Source of the DNA: Candidatus Johnevansia muelleri | Lineage (GTDB): Bacteria > Pseudomonadota > Gammaproteobacteria > Johnevansiales > Johnevansiaceae | Assembly: GCA_000953435.1 (NCBI GenBank) | Contig: LM655252.1 | Location: 325,499 to 357,498, forward strand | Direction: 5' to 3' | DNA: 32,000 nt | Shown: one piece after another, positions 1-9,569 of the stretch | Layout: each line of letters begins with the position of its first letter | Position numbering within the stretch: position 1 is the stretch's first letter | Notes under the pieces: generated by a model | The model's input: only the letters and a program-made list of their open reading frames with translations | What the model was told of the DNA's origin: nothing | Databases searched by the model: none | Made by a program: the position numbers and the translations under genes

Positions 1-936
1 TGAATTTTTACTAAATATTTTATCTCTAAAAATATGATATTCTAATTTATATGTATTTTTATATTCAAATTCATTTAATATTTTAATAAAATTACATCCT
101 TGTTTTCCCCAATTCATTAATAATGGATTATTATCTTTAATATATTTTTTATTAATTACATCTTCCCAATAATACTTACATGGATTATTAACAAAAACAA
201 ATACATTAATAATATGAGAAACAGCATAAAGTGCTTCTATAATTTTAGCAGGTAAAGTAGAAATACCAAATACAAATAATCTAGATGGTAATCCAATAGG
301 GCGTGTTTTAAGTTTAGTAACAATTTTACAATAATTTTTATGTAAAAAAGCACTATTTTTTATATTAATATTTTTTAATAATTCTTGCAAAAGTTTAGGT
401 TGCCATTGTTGATTAAAATCTAATTTTAATATATTTTTTTTTTCTGACCAAGCATTAATCCAATCATATCTATATAATAAATATTTATTAAATATATAAG
501 CAATTTTTTTACACACAAAATATAATTTTGATTGTTCATATATTTTTATATCAAATAATTCTTTATTTAATACTGTTTTATCTTGTTGTATATATTCATA
601 TAAAAGTTTAAATTCCGGTAAAAATATAATTTTAGGTATTAATTTAAATAAAATCCATATTAATGAAGAATAATCAAAATGAGAATATTCGTAAATATTA
701 TCATTTCCTAATACTATATTATATAAGTTACAAATAAATGATAATGGTAATTTAAATTCCAAAGATGCTGCTATACTTTTTTTATCTGCTATAGCTAAAC
801 GTAACCATTGTCCCATACAATGAGATTGAATAATAAATGTTTCAGTTTCTAATGGTTCGATAGGATTAGAATGAATAATTTCAATAACAATATCTATTAA
901 ATCTTCAATATTATTTGCATGTATAACAGTGAACAT
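1..936 (-). CDS. recC: RecBCD exonuclease V gamma subunit RecC, N-terminal 312 codons (3' end lies beyond the window edge)
   Basis: Hand translation from the ATG (complement of 934-936) gives MFTVIHANNIEDLIDIV..FIIQSHCMGQWLRLAIADKK..LPLSFICNLY..PIGLPSRLFVFGISTLP. This parallels the E. coli RecC N-terminus as I recall it (MLRVYHSNRLDVL..VQSxGMAQWLQ..GLPSRVFICGISALP). The frame stays open to position 1. It is absent from the ORF track, presumably because no stop codon falls inside the window. Confidence 0.85.
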   Translation of the reverse strand, partial: MFTVIHANNIEDLIDIVIEIIHSNPIEPLETETFIIQSHCMGQWLRLAIADKKSIAASLEFKLPLSFICNLYNIVLGNDNIYEYSHFDYSSLIWILFKLIPKIIFLPEFKLLYEYIQQDKTVLNKELFDIKIYEQSKLYFVCKKIAYIFNKYLLYRYDWINAWSEKKNILKLDFNQQWQPKLLQELLKNINIKNSAFLHKNYCKIVTKLKTRPIGLPSRLFVFGISTLPAKIIEALYAVSHIINVFVFVNNPCKYYWEDVINKKYIKDNNPLLMNWGKQGCNFIKILNEFEYKNTYKLEYHIFRDKIFSKNS

Positions 937-984
937 TTTAATCCTAATAATTTATATTAAATTATATTTTTTATGGATTTTTAA

Positions 985-2739
985 ATGCGTAGATATTGTG
1001 GTAAAATTAATGAAAATATGGTAGGAGAAAATATTACTATTTGTGGTTGGGTAAATAGTAGTAGAAATCACGGTGGATTAATTTTTATAGATTTACGTGA
1101 TTATACAGGAATAATTCAAATTGTTGTAAATCCATTAAATTTAAAAGCATTTTCTAATGCTAATAAAGTACGTAATGAGTATGTTATTAAAATTACTGGA
1201 ATACTTAGTATTCGTCCAAAAGGTACAATAAATACTACAAAGTTAACTGGAAAAATTGAAGTTTTAGCAAATAATATAGAAATATTAAATATTTCAAAAA
1301 CTCCACCTTTTCAAATTGATGAACATATTAATGTTAATGAAGATATACGTCTTAAATATAGATATATAGACTTACGTCGTTCTGAAATGATTAATCGATT
1401 TTATTTAAGATCTAAAATTCTTAATAATATTAGAGAATTTTTAGAAAATGAAGGGTTTCTTAATATAGAAACTCCTATATTAACTCGTGCTACACATGAA
1501 GGTGCTAGAGATTATTTAATTCCTAGTCGTACACATTGTGGGGAATTTTTTGCATTACCTCAATCTCCTCAAATTTTTAAACAATTATTGATGATTTCAG
1601 GTTTTGATAGATATTATCAGTTTGCTAAATGTTTTCGGGATGAGGATCTTCGGGCAGATCGTCAACCAGAATTTACTCAAATTGATATAGAGGCTTCATT
1701 TATTGAAGAAAAAGATATTATGTTAATATCTGAAAAAATGATTAGTAAATTATTTTTTGAATTAATTAATATACAATTACCTATTTTTAAAACTATTAAA
1801 TATAGTGAAGCTATTTATCGGTATGGGTCTGATAAACCTGATATGCGTATACCATTAGAATTAATTGATATTACTGATATTATTAAAAAAGTTAAGTTAC
1901 AAGTTTTAAGAGAACCAGCATATCTTAAAGATGGACGAGTAGCTACAATAATAGTTAATGGAGGAGCAAAATTTTCAAGAAAAGAAATTGATGAATATAC
2001 TCGTTTTGTATGTTCTTATGGAGCAAAAGGATTAGCGTGGATTAAAATTAATAATATTAGTGCTCCATATAATGAAGGTTTACAATCTCCTATAATTAAA
2101 TTCATAGAAAACATTATAGAAGAATTAATTGTTCGTACTAATGCTAAAAATGGTGATATTATATTTTTTTGCGCTGATAAAAAATGTATTGTAAATGCTT
2201 CAATGGGTGCTTTACGTATTAAGTTAGGGAAAGATCTTAATTTATATACTTCTAATTGGTCTCCCATTTGGGTTATAAATTTTCCAATGTTTGAACGTGA
2301 TGATAATGGAAAATTAGTATCATATAACCATCCTTTTACCGCACCAATATGTAATAATATAGAAGAATTAAGATTTAATCCTATTGATAAATTTTCGAGA
2401 TCTTATGATTTAGTTATTAATGGAATTGAATTGGGTGGAGGATCAATTCGTATTCATGACAAATATTTACAGCAAGCTATATTTGAAATAATTGGTTTTA
2501 GTAAATTAGACTATTATGAAAATTTCGGTTTTTTTCTAGAGGCACTTCAATATGGTGCCCCTCCACATGGAGGAATTGCTTTAGGTTTAGATCGGTTATT
2601 AATGCTTATAACAGGTACATCAAGTATTCGTGATGTAATTGCATTTCCTAAAACACAAAAGGCTTCATGTTTACTTACTAAAGCACCTAATAAAGTTAGT
2701 GATTTACAAATTAAAGAATTAAATATTAAAAGGAGGTAA
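985..2739 (+). CDS. aspS: Aspartyl-tRNA synthetase, bacterial type (584 aa)
   Basis: Full-length match to AspRS from residue 1 ([39 protein letters not shown]). Class II motifs are present: [28 protein letters not shown] and [11 protein letters not shown]. Confidence 0.97.
   Translation: MRRYCGKINENMVGENITICGWVNSSRNHGGLIFIDLRDYTGIIQIVVNPLNLKAFSNANKVRNEYVIKITGILSIRPKGTINTTKLTGKIEVLANNIEILNISKTPPFQIDEHINVNEDIRLKYRYIDLRRSEMINRFYLRSKILNNIREFLENEGFLNIETPILTRATHEGARDYLIPSRTHCGEFFALPQSPQIFKQLLMISGFDRYYQFAKCFRDEDLRADRQPEFTQIDIEASFIEEKDIMLISEKMISKLFFELINIQLPIFKTIKYSEAIYRYGSDKPDMRIPLELIDITDIIKKVKLQVLREPAYLKDGRVATIIVNGGAKFSRKEIDEYTRFVCSYGAKGLAWIKINNISAPYNEGLQSPIIKFIENIIEELIVRTNAKNGDIIFFCADKKCIVNASMGALRIKLGKDLNLYTSNWSPIWVINFPMFERDDNGKLVSYNHPFTAPICNNIEELRFNPIDKFSRSYDLVINGIELGGGSIRIHDKYLQQAIFEIIGFSKLDYYENFGFFLEALQYGAPPHGGIALGLDRLLMLITGTSSIRDVIAFPKTQKASCLLTKAPNKVSDLQIKELNIKRR
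2731..2736 (+). promoter_or_regulatory. Shine-Dalgarno AGGAGG for the truncated yebC, embedded in the last codons of aspS
   Basis: AGGAGG lies at 2731-2736, directly followed by the aspS stop TAA (2737-2739). It sits 5 nt upstream of the TTG start at 2742. Confidence 0.7.
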
Positions 2740-2741
2740 AA

Positions 2742-2981
2742 TTGTCAGGACATAGTAAATGGTCAAATACTAAACATCGTAAAGCAATACAAGATGCTAA
2801 ACGTGAAAAATTATTTAATAAACTTATTCGTGAATTAATTATAGCTGTAAAAATAGGAGGAAGCAGTGATCCAGATAATAATCCTAGGTTACGTACTGCA
2901 ATAAATAAAGCATTATTAAATAATATGGAAAAAAATAGAATTAAAAGAGCTATTGATAGAGGATTAAATGTTAAAATTTAA
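2742..2981 (+). CDS. yebC: YebC/PmpR (TACO1) family protein, N-terminal domain only (79 aa; the family is normally about 240-250 aa)
   Basis: [49 protein letters not shown] aligns from residue 1 to E. coli YebC [49 protein letters not shown]. It has a TTG start with a strong SD. Its stop overlaps the ruvC ATG (TAATG at 2979-2983). Confidence 0.8.
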   Translation: MSGHSKWSNTKHRKAIQDAKREKLFNKLIRELIIAVKIGGSSDPDNNPRLRTAINKALLNNMEKNRIKRAIDRGLNVKI

Positions 2982-3451
2982 TGATTATATTAGGTATTGA
3001 TCCAGGTTATAGTAGAATAGGTTTTGGTATTATTGAGAGATATTTATATTATCCATATTATATAGATAGTGGATATATTAATATATCAGCTATTAATTTA
3101 GGACAAAAACTTATTAAAATATATACTGGAATGAGTGAGATAATTAACCGATATTGTCCATCAGAAATTGCAATAGAACAAGTATTTATATCAAAAAATG
3201 CAGATTCAGCTTTAAAATTAGGACAGACTAGAGGTTGTACAATTGTTTGTATAAGTAATAATGGATTACCTATATTTGAATATACCCCTAGTTTTATAAA
3301 AAAAAGTATAACTGGATATGGGATTGCTGATAAACTAGTTGTAAAAAAAAATATTTATATTAATTTAAAAATTGAAAAGCACCCGCAATCTGATGCGTCA
3401 GATGCAATTGCTATTGCACTTACACATTGTTATAAAAAAAATAACTATTGA
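2981..3451 (+). CDS. ruvC: Holliday junction resolvase RuvC (156 aa)
   Basis: The N-terminus is MIILGIDPG. Catalytic acidic residues appear in the contexts GIDPG, AIEQVF and SDASDAIAIAL. It sits in the conserved position downstream of yebC and ends in TGA. Confidence 0.92.
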   Translation: MIILGIDPGYSRIGFGIIERYLYYPYYIDSGYINISAINLGQKLIKIYTGMSEIINRYCPSEIAIEQVFISKNADSALKLGQTRGCTIVCISNNGLPIFEYTPSFIKKSITGYGIADKLVVKKNIYINLKIEKHPQSDASDAIAIALTHCYKKNNY

Positions 3452-3475
3452 CATATTTTTTTAATATAATATAAT
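3448..3475 (+). promoter_or_regulatory. Candidate sigma70-type promoter for tRNA-Ser (TTGACA-16 nt-TATAAT)
   Basis: TTGACA at 3448-3453 overlaps the ruvC TGA stop. TATAAT lies at 3470-3475 and the mature tRNA 5' end is at 3488. TATAAT-like strings are common in this composition, so the G/C-containing -35 carries most of the weight. Confidence 0.45.
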
Positions 3476-3487
3476 ATCATAAAATCT

Positions 3488-3574
3488 GGAGGGGTGGCAG
3501 AGTGGTTAATTGCACCGGTCTTGAAAATCGGTAAGGGTTTAAACTCTTCCAGGGTTCGAATCCCTGTCCCTCCG
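3488..3574 (+). tRNA. serT: tRNA-Ser, anticodon UGA, class II with long variable arm, no encoded CCA
   Basis: Acceptor GGAGGGG pairs with TCCCTCC and the discriminator is G. The anticodon stem-loop is CCGGT-CTTGAAA-ATCGG. The T-arm is CAGGG-TTCGAAT-CCCTG. It is near-collinear with E. coli tRNA-Ser(UGA) as I recall it. Confidence 0.93.
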
Positions 3575-3575
3575 A

Positions 3576-3649
3576 TAGCTACGCCCTGAATTGAACAGGG
3601 GACCTCATCATTATGAGTGATGCGCTCTAACCATCTGAGCTACGTAGCC
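3576..3649 (-). tRNA. metT: Elongator tRNA-Met, anticodon CAU, no encoded CCA
   Basis: The reverse complement is GGCTACGTAGCTCAGATGGTTAGAGCGCATCACTCATAATGATGAGGTCCCCTGTTCAATTCAGGGCGTAGCTA. The first ~45 nt nearly match E. coli elongator tRNA-Met. It lacks the initiator features (C1:A72 mismatch, three G-C pairs in the anticodon stem). It also differs from the tRNA-Ile2 (lysidine) pattern. Confidence 0.88.
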
Positions 3650-3693
3650 TTATAATTATATTATATAATTTATATTAATAAAAATATATTTTA

Positions 3694-4770
3694 CTAAACT
3701 TTAAAACGAAAATGTATTATATCACCGTTTTTTACTATATATTTTTTACCTTCTAATCTCCATTTACCAGCTTTTTTAGCTCCTATTTCACCTTTATATT
3801 TTATAAAATCATTAAATGAAATAACTTCAGCACGAATAAATCCTTTTGCAAAATCAGTATGAATTATATTAGCGGATTCTATAGCGGTAGCACCTATAGA
3901 AATTGCCCATGCTCTTATTTCTTTTAATCCTACAGTAAAATATGTGTGCAAATTAAGTAAATCATAACTCATACATATTAATTTATTTATTACGCTATTT
4001 TTATTAATTTCTTCAAATATATTCTTTTCTTTTTTTGATATTTCAGATTCTATTTTATTACAAATAACAAGAATAGGTGCATTTTCTGCATATGATATAT
4101 TTTTAATAATATTTAAGTATTTATTTTTTTCAAATCCATTTTCATTTACATTAGCAATATATATAAGTGGTTTTATAGTTAAAAAACCATATTTATTTAA
4201 TAATATGCGTTCCCATTCATATAATTTAAATTTACGTAAAGATAAACCATTTTCTAAATGTGGTTTAATTTTTTCTAATAATGTTTTAAGTATTAAAGCT
4301 TCTTTATTATCTAATTTAATTAATTTATTTTTTTTAATACTATTCATAGTATCTATATCTGAAATAACTAATTCAATATTTATTATTTCAATATCATGTT
4401 TCGGATTTACTTTATTATAAATATGAATTATATTTTTATCATCAAAACAACGTACTACATGTACAAGAGCATTTGTTTCACGAATTTTTTCTAAAAATTT
4501 ATTACCTAAACCTTCTCCTTTAGAAGCACCAGATACTAATCCAGCAATATCAATAAATTTCATTGTATTAGGTATAATTTTTATAGTATTTACAATATTA
4601 AATAATTGTTTAAGTCTAGGATCTAATATTGATACTATACGAATATTAGGGTCAATAGTACAAAAAGGAAAATTTTTAGCATTTACATTTGATTTAGTAA
4701 GGGCATTAAATAATGTTGATTTACCAACATTAGGTAAACCAATAATCCCACAATTTAAGCTTATCCCCAT
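3694..4770 (-). CDS. ychF: Ribosome-binding ATPase YchF (358 aa)
   Basis: The N-terminal P-loop CGIIGLPNVGKSTLFNALT is present, and the C-terminal TGS-like end is GDIIHFRF. It sits in the conserved prs-rplY-pth-ychF block. Confidence 0.95.
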   Translation of the reverse strand: MGISLNCGIIGLPNVGKSTLFNALTKSNVNAKNFPFCTIDPNIRIVSILDPRLKQLFNIVNTIKIIPNTMKFIDIAGLVSGASKGEGLGNKFLEKIRETNALVHVVRCFDDKNIIHIYNKVNPKHDIEIINIELVISDIDTMNSIKKNKLIKLDNKEALILKTLLEKIKPHLENGLSLRKFKLYEWERILLNKYGFLTIKPLIYIANVNENGFEKNKYLNIIKNISYAENAPILVICNKIESEISKKEKNIFEEINKNSVINKLICMSYDLLNLHTYFTVGLKEIRAWAISIGATAIESANIIHTDFAKGFIRAEVISFNDFIKYKGEIGAKKAGKWRLEGKKYIVKNGDIIHFRFKV

Positions 4771-4787
4771 AATATACCTTAATAATT

Positions 4788-5369
4788 TTATTTATTTATA
4801 GTATGAAGATGTGTCATTGCTTTTTCCCAATAACCTTGAATTACTAAAGGAAGTATATCAATGGCTTTTTTAATACTAATATTTATATAAATTTTATCAT
4901 TTTTATTAGGTATACTTAAAACATAATTACTAATTAATTCATTTTTACTTGGATGACCAATACCTATACGAATACGAGGAAAATTTTTAGTTCCTAGTGT
5001 ATAAATAATGTCACGTAATCCATTATGACCTCCATGACCACCATTTAATTTTAATTTAGTTTTACCTATAGAAATATCTAAATCATCATGTGCAATTAAA
5101 AAGTTTTTTTTAAAATTATAAAATTTAGTTAATAAATATAATACTTTTCCATTATTATTCATATAAGTTAAAGGAACAAAAAGATCTAATTCTTTATTAG
5201 ATAAACTAATACGAGCATACTCACAAAGATATTTATATTTAGGATATAACTTAATACCTAATAAATTAGCTAATTTATATACAAATTTAGCACCTACATT
5301 ATGACGAGTTCCAATATATTTATTACCATAATTTCTTAAACCAATAATTGCAGATATTGTTGTATTCAT
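4788..5369 (-). CDS. pth: Peptidyl-tRNA hydrolase (193 aa)
   Basis: Motifs GTRHNVG, HDDLD and GGHGGHNGLRDI are present. Confidence 0.95.
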   Translation of the reverse strand: MNTTISAIIGLRNYGNKYIGTRHNVGAKFVYKLANLLGIKLYPKYKYLCEYARISLSNKELDLFVPLTYMNNNGKVLYLLTKFYNFKKNFLIAHDDLDISIGKTKLKLNGGHGGHNGLRDIIYTLGTKNFPRIRIGIGHPSKNELISNYVLSIPNKNDKIYINISIKKAIDILPLVIQGYWEKAMTHLHTINK

Positions 5370-5392
5370 AAATAAATATTATATATAATAAA

Positions 5393-5977
5393 TTAATCAA
5401 TCTTATCAATTTTTTTTTTATTAATAATGGTAATAATTATATTATCTTGTTTTTTAATTAAATTTACTCCTTTCGGTAATTTAATATCTGTAATTTTAAT
5501 ATTTTCTCCTAAATTTAAATTATTTATATTAATTTCTAAATAATATATAATATATTTAGGAAAACAAGTAATTTCAATATTTTTTTTTAAAATTTTAATT
5601 ATTCCTCCTTCTTTTATACCTTTACATGTATCTATATTAATAAATTTAAATGGAATATTTAATTTTAATTGTGTATTTTCTGTTATACGTATAAAATCAA
5701 TATGAAGTATAAATGTTTTAATTGAATGATATTGTATAAAAAGAACTAATACTGTTTCAATATTATTTTTAATATTAATTTTAATTATAGAATTTAAAAA
5801 ATATTTATATTCTATTATATTATTTAATAAATTTGTTTCAATTGAAATTGGTAAATTTTTTTTATTATTACCATATATAATAGCAGGTATACGATTATAA
5901 ATACGTCTTATTTTTCTATTAGCACTTTTACCTAGATATATACGTTGTAGTGCAGTTATTTCATATTTTATTTTCAT
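5393..5977 (-). CDS. rplY: 50S ribosomal protein L25, long Ctc form (194 aa)
   Basis: It has an N-terminal L25 signature (RKIRR..IPAIIYG). Its position between prs and pth is conserved, although the sequence is strongly diverged. Confidence 0.85.
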   Translation of the reverse strand: MKIKYEITALQRIYLGKSANRKIRRIYNRIPAIIYGNNKKNLPISIETNLLNNIIEYKYFLNSIIKINIKNNIETVLVLFIQYHSIKTFILHIDFIRITENTQLKLNIPFKFINIDTCKGIKEGGIIKILKKNIEITCFPKYIIYYLEININNLNLGENIKITDIKLPKGVNLIKKQDNIIITIINKKKIDKID

Positions 5978-5991
5978 TTATGTATAATTTA

Positions 5992-6933
5992 TTATGTAAA
6001 CATTGCACTTACAGATTCTTCATTATTAACACGACGAATTGCTTCTGCTATAATACTAGATACAGTAATTTGTCTTATTTTACTGCATAATATAGCTTTT
6101 TCAGCTAATGGAATTGTATCACTGACTACTAATTCATCAATATTAGATTTTAAAATATTATCTATAGCTGATCCAGAAAGAATTGCATGAGTTGAATAAG
6201 CTACAATACGTTTTGCACCATGTAATTTTAATGCTTCAGCAGCTTTACATATTGTATTAGCAGTATCAATAATATCATCTAATAAAATACATATGCGATT
6301 ATTTACATCACCTATAATATGCATTACTTGTGATTCATTTATTTTAGGACGTCTTTTATCAATAATTGCTAAGTCTAAATTTAATTCTTGAGCTGCGGCA
6401 CGAGCACGAATAACGCCTCCAATGTCTGGAGATACAATTAACATATTTTTATAATTTTGATGATAAATATCATTTATTAAAACAGGATTACCATATATAT
6501 TATCTACTGGAACATCAAAAAATCCTTGAATTTGCTCAGAATGAAGATCCATAGTCATAACACGATTTACACCTGCTTTAACAATCATATTAGCAATTAC
6601 TTTAGCAGATATAGGAACTCTTGCTGAATAAACACGGCGATCTTGACGAGCATAACCAAAATATGGAATAACTGCAGTAATGCGATTTGCAGATGCTCTT
6701 TGTAAAGCATCAATAATTAGAATCAATTCAATAATATTATTGTTAGTAGGCATACATGTAGATTGTATAACAAATACATCTTTACCACGAACATTTTCAT
6801 TAATTTTAATGGAAATTTCACCATCACTAAATTTAGTAATAGTTAACTTTCCTAAATTAATATCAAGATATTCAATAATTTTATTAGATAATTTCGGATT
6901 AGCATTACCAGAAAATATTAATAATTTAGACAT
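5992..6933 (-). CDS. prs: Ribose-phosphate pyrophosphokinase (313 aa)
   Basis: Motifs [30 protein letters not shown] and the PRPP loop [11 protein letters not shown] are present. Confidence 0.96.
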   Translation of the reverse strand: MSKLLIFSGNANPKLSNKIIEYLDINLGKLTITKFSDGEISIKINENVRGKDVFVIQSTCMPTNNNIIELILIIDALQRASANRITAVIPYFGYARQDRRVYSARVPISAKVIANMIVKAGVNRVMTMDLHSEQIQGFFDVPVDNIYGNPVLINDIYHQNYKNMLIVSPDIGGVIRARAAAQELNLDLAIIDKRRPKINESQVMHIIGDVNNRICILLDDIIDTANTICKAAEALKLHGAKRIVAYSTHAILSGSAIDNILKSNIDELVVSDTIPLAEKAILCSKIRQITVSSIIAEAIRRVNNEESVSAMFT

Positions 6934-6982
6934 AAATTTATATCCATATATTAAAAATTTATAAATTTAGGTTATAAAATAA

Positions 6983-8035
6983 ATGAAAAAGTTATTAAGT
7001 ATTAATTTTGAAATTTATGAAAAAAGATTTAAATATTTATCTATATTTATATATATATATGATATTATTAATGATCCCATATTATTTAGAAAATATTCTA
7101 TTGAATATTATAAATTAAAAGAAATAATAATTGGTTGTAAAAATTATCAAAAATGTGAAAATTCAATGATAGAAATAAACTCAATTAAAAATGATGATAT
7201 ACGTAACATTTTTATAGATGAAATTATACAAATTAATTATAAAATTAAAATACTATATTTAAAATTAAAACAAGTTTTAATTACTAAAGATCCTAATGAT
7301 GAAAAAAATATATTTATAGAGGTAAGAGCAGGAAGTGGAGGAGATGAAGCTGCTATTTTCGCAGGTGATTTATTTCGTATGTATGTTAAATATATAGAAC
7401 TACAATGTTGGAATATTGAAATAATAAGTATAAATACAGGTGAACATGGTGGATTTAAAGAAATTATTGCACGTATTGAAGGAATTGGTGTTTATGGTAA
7501 CTTAAAATTTGAATCTGGGGTTCATCGGGTACAACGTATACCTACTACTGAATCTCAAGGACGCATTCATACTTCTGCTTGTACTGTAGCAATTCTGGTT
7601 GAAACAACATTAGGAGAAATAATTATAAATCCTGCAGATTTAAGAATTGATACTTATCGTTCTAGCGGAGCAGGAGGTCAACATGTTAATACAACTAATT
7701 CAGCAATACGGATTACTCATATTCCTACTGGTATAGTAGTAGAATGTCAAGATGAACGTTCTCAACATAAAAATCGTTCTAGAACTATGTCTTTATTATA
7801 TGCTCGTATTAAGCAATATACAGAAAATGTTCAGAATAAAAAAACCTCAGAAATACGTAAATCATTAATAGGATCAGGGGATAGATCTGAAAGAATTCGT
7901 ACTTATAATTTTGCACAAGATAGATTAACTGATCATCGTATAAATTTTCATATTAATTTATCTGATATTTTATCAGGTAATTTATATAAATTAATTAATG
8001 TATTAATCAATGAATATAAAAGTGAAAACTTTTAA
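6983..8035 (+). CDS. prfA: Peptide chain release factor 1 (350 aa)
   Basis: The RF1-type recognition tripeptide lies in [17 protein letters not shown] (PxT). The GGQ motif lies in [11 protein letters not shown]. Confidence 0.95.
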   Translation: MKKLLSINFEIYEKRFKYLSIFIYIYDIINDPILFRKYSIEYYKLKEIIIGCKNYQKCENSMIEINSIKNDDIRNIFIDEIIQINYKIKILYLKLKQVLITKDPNDEKNIFIEVRAGSGGDEAAIFAGDLFRMYVKYIELQCWNIEIISINTGEHGGFKEIIARIEGIGVYGNLKFESGVHRVQRIPTTESQGRIHTSACTVAILVETTLGEIIINPADLRIDTYRSSGAGGQHVNTTNSAIRITHIPTGIVVECQDERSQHKNRSRTMSLLYARIKQYTENVQNKKTSEIRKSLIGSGDRSERIRTYNFAQDRLTDHRINFHINLSDILSGNLYKLINVLINEYKSENF

Positions 8036-8039
8036 TGCT

Positions 8040-8066
8040 GAAATAATAAAGGTAATTTATTATTTC
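8040..8066. repeat. Perfect 11-bp inverted repeat with 5-nt loop between convergent prfA and gatB; possible bidirectional transcript-end hairpin
   Basis: gaaataataaa (8040-8050) pairs perfectly with tttattatttc (8056-8066) around the loop ggtaa. No U-tract follows on either strand and only one G-C pair is present. Confidence 0.35.
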
Positions 8067-8084
8067 AAAAGCAATTGCAGTAAA

Positions 8085-9569
8085 TTATAAACATTTGAAC
8101 TTAATATTTTTAATTAAATATAAATCATCTAATTTTTTTTTTAATAAAACATTTGCTTTTTGTGGATTTATATTTGAATTTGATCTTTTCATTATTTTAC
8201 CAATAAAAAAACCAAACATTTTCTTACGTTTTTTATCATTTGAGTTTATATATTCATCTACTTGTATATTATTTTCAGAAATAATTTTATTTATAGTATT
8301 TTTAATAATATTTTCATCATTTACTTGTAGAAAACATTTGCTATTAATTATTTGATCTGCATTTTTAAAAGGATGTGTCCATAAATCTGTAAAAACATCT
8401 TTAGCAGCTTTATTAGTAATGGTTTTATCTTTAATTCTTAATAATAAACCACCCAATTTATATGCAGATATAGGACTATCTTTTATGCATAAATTATAAG
8501 AATTTAATTTAGCAGTAAGATTACATTGTATCCAATTAGCTGCTAAATTAGCATCTCCACAAATTTTATAAACACATTCAAAATAATCAGCTTTATCACG
8601 TGATAAAGATAAAAATTTAGCCATATATTCTGATATTCCTAAATTTTTTATAAAATATTCTTTTCTAACATTAGAAAGTTGTGGAATAAATTTTTTTTGT
8701 AAATCAATATAATTTTTTGATATTTTTAATGGTAATAAATCAGGACATGGAAAATAACGATAATCATTAGTTTGTTCTTTAGTTCTTAGTGCTTCAGTTT
8801 TATCTTTTTCAGGATTAAAGATCCTTGTTTCACGTAAAATTTTATTTCCTTTATTTAAAATATTAATTTGTCGTTCTACTTCTACAATAATAGCTCTTTC
8901 TACAAAACGAAATGAATTAACATTTTTTATTTCTGTACGTGTACCTAATTTTTTAGTACCAATAGGACGTATAGATATATTAATATCACAGCGCATAGCT
9001 CCTTTTGCCATATTACAATCAGAAATTCCAATATAATTTATAATATTATAAATAGCATGTAAATAAGCTAAAGCTTCTTTATGAGAATGCATATCTGCTT
9101 CTGAAACAATTTCTACTAATGGAATACCAGCACGATTAAAATCAATTCCACTCATACCACCAATATAATTATGTATTGATTTACCAGCATCTTCTTCTAT
9201 ATGAATATGATTTATGCGAACAATTTTATTTTCACAATTATCAAGTTCTAAGTTAATTTTACAAGGTCCTATAATAGGCTGTGTCATTTGACTTGTTTGA
9301 TAACCTTTTGGTAAATCAGGATAAAAATAATGTTTTCTTTCAAATATAGAAATATCATTTATTTCAGCTCCAAGAGCTAAACCAAATCGAATTGCCATAG
9401 CAATAACGTTTTCATTTAATACAGGTAATGTTCCAGGCATACCTAAATCTATAGCACAAATATTTGTATTTGGTTTATTATTAAATTTTGCTATTGCTCC
9501 TGAAAAAATTTTAGATTGGGTTGAAAGTTGAACATGTACTTCTAATCCTATAACTGTTTCCCATTTCAT
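8085..9569 (-). CDS. gatB: Asp/Glu-tRNA amidotransferase subunit B (494 aa)
   Basis: The N-terminus is MKWETVIGLEVHVQLST, with full-length GatB similarity. Its start overlaps the gatA stop by 4 nt (ATGA). Confidence 0.96.
   Translation of the reverse strand: MKWETVIGLEVHVQLSTQSKIFSGAIAKFNNKPNTNICAIDLGMPGTLPVLNENVIAMAIRFGLALGAEINDISIFERKHYFYPDLPKGYQTSQMTQPIIGPCKINLELDNCENKIVRINHIHIEEDAGKSIHNYIGGMSGIDFNRAGIPLVEIVSEADMHSHKEALAYLHAIYNIINYIGISDCNMAKGAMRCDINISIRPIGTKKLGTRTEIKNVNSFRFVERAIIVEVERQINILNKGNKILRETRIFNPEKDKTEALRTKEQTNDYRYFPCPDLLPLKISKNYIDLQKKFIPQLSNVRKEYFIKNLGISEYMAKFLSLSRDKADYFECVYKICGDANLAANWIQCNLTAKLNSYNLCIKDSPISAYKLGGLLLRIKDKTITNKAAKDVFTDLWTHPFKNADQIINSKCFLQVNDENIIKNTINKIISENNIQVDEYINSNDKKRKKMFGFFIGKIMKRSNSNINPQKANVLLKKKLDDLYLIKNIKFKCL

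Noticed and set aside
2016-2267. Short opposite-strand ORFs from the track: 2016-2267(-), 4205-4420(+), 6680-6964(+), 8095-8355(+), 14555-14746(-), 21837-22103(-), 27480-27734(+)
   Set aside because: Each lies mostly or entirely inside a long CDS on the other strand that has strong family motifs (aspS, ychF, prs, gatB, hisG, gyrA, groEL). Their products are low-complexity I/L/F/K/N-rich strings with no recognisable motif. Stop-poor antisense frames are expected at this composition.
3449-3451. Possible UGA-to-Trp recoding, as in some tiny symbiont genomes
   Set aside because: TGA terminates ruvC (3449-3451) and tldD (12754-12756) at the positions expected from homologs. Conserved tryptophans are encoded by TGG (for example GWV in aspS and MGQWL in recC). 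TAA, TAG and TGA are all used as stops, so the code is the standard bacterial one.
3576-3649. The CAU-anticodon tRNA as initiator tRNA-fMet or as lysidine-modified tRNA-Ile2
   Set aside because: Position 1:72 is paired (G:U), not the C:A mismatch of initiators. The anticodon stem lacks the three consecutive G-C pairs. The 5' half is almost identical to E. coli elongator tRNA-Met, and the tRNA-Ile2 sequence pattern differs.
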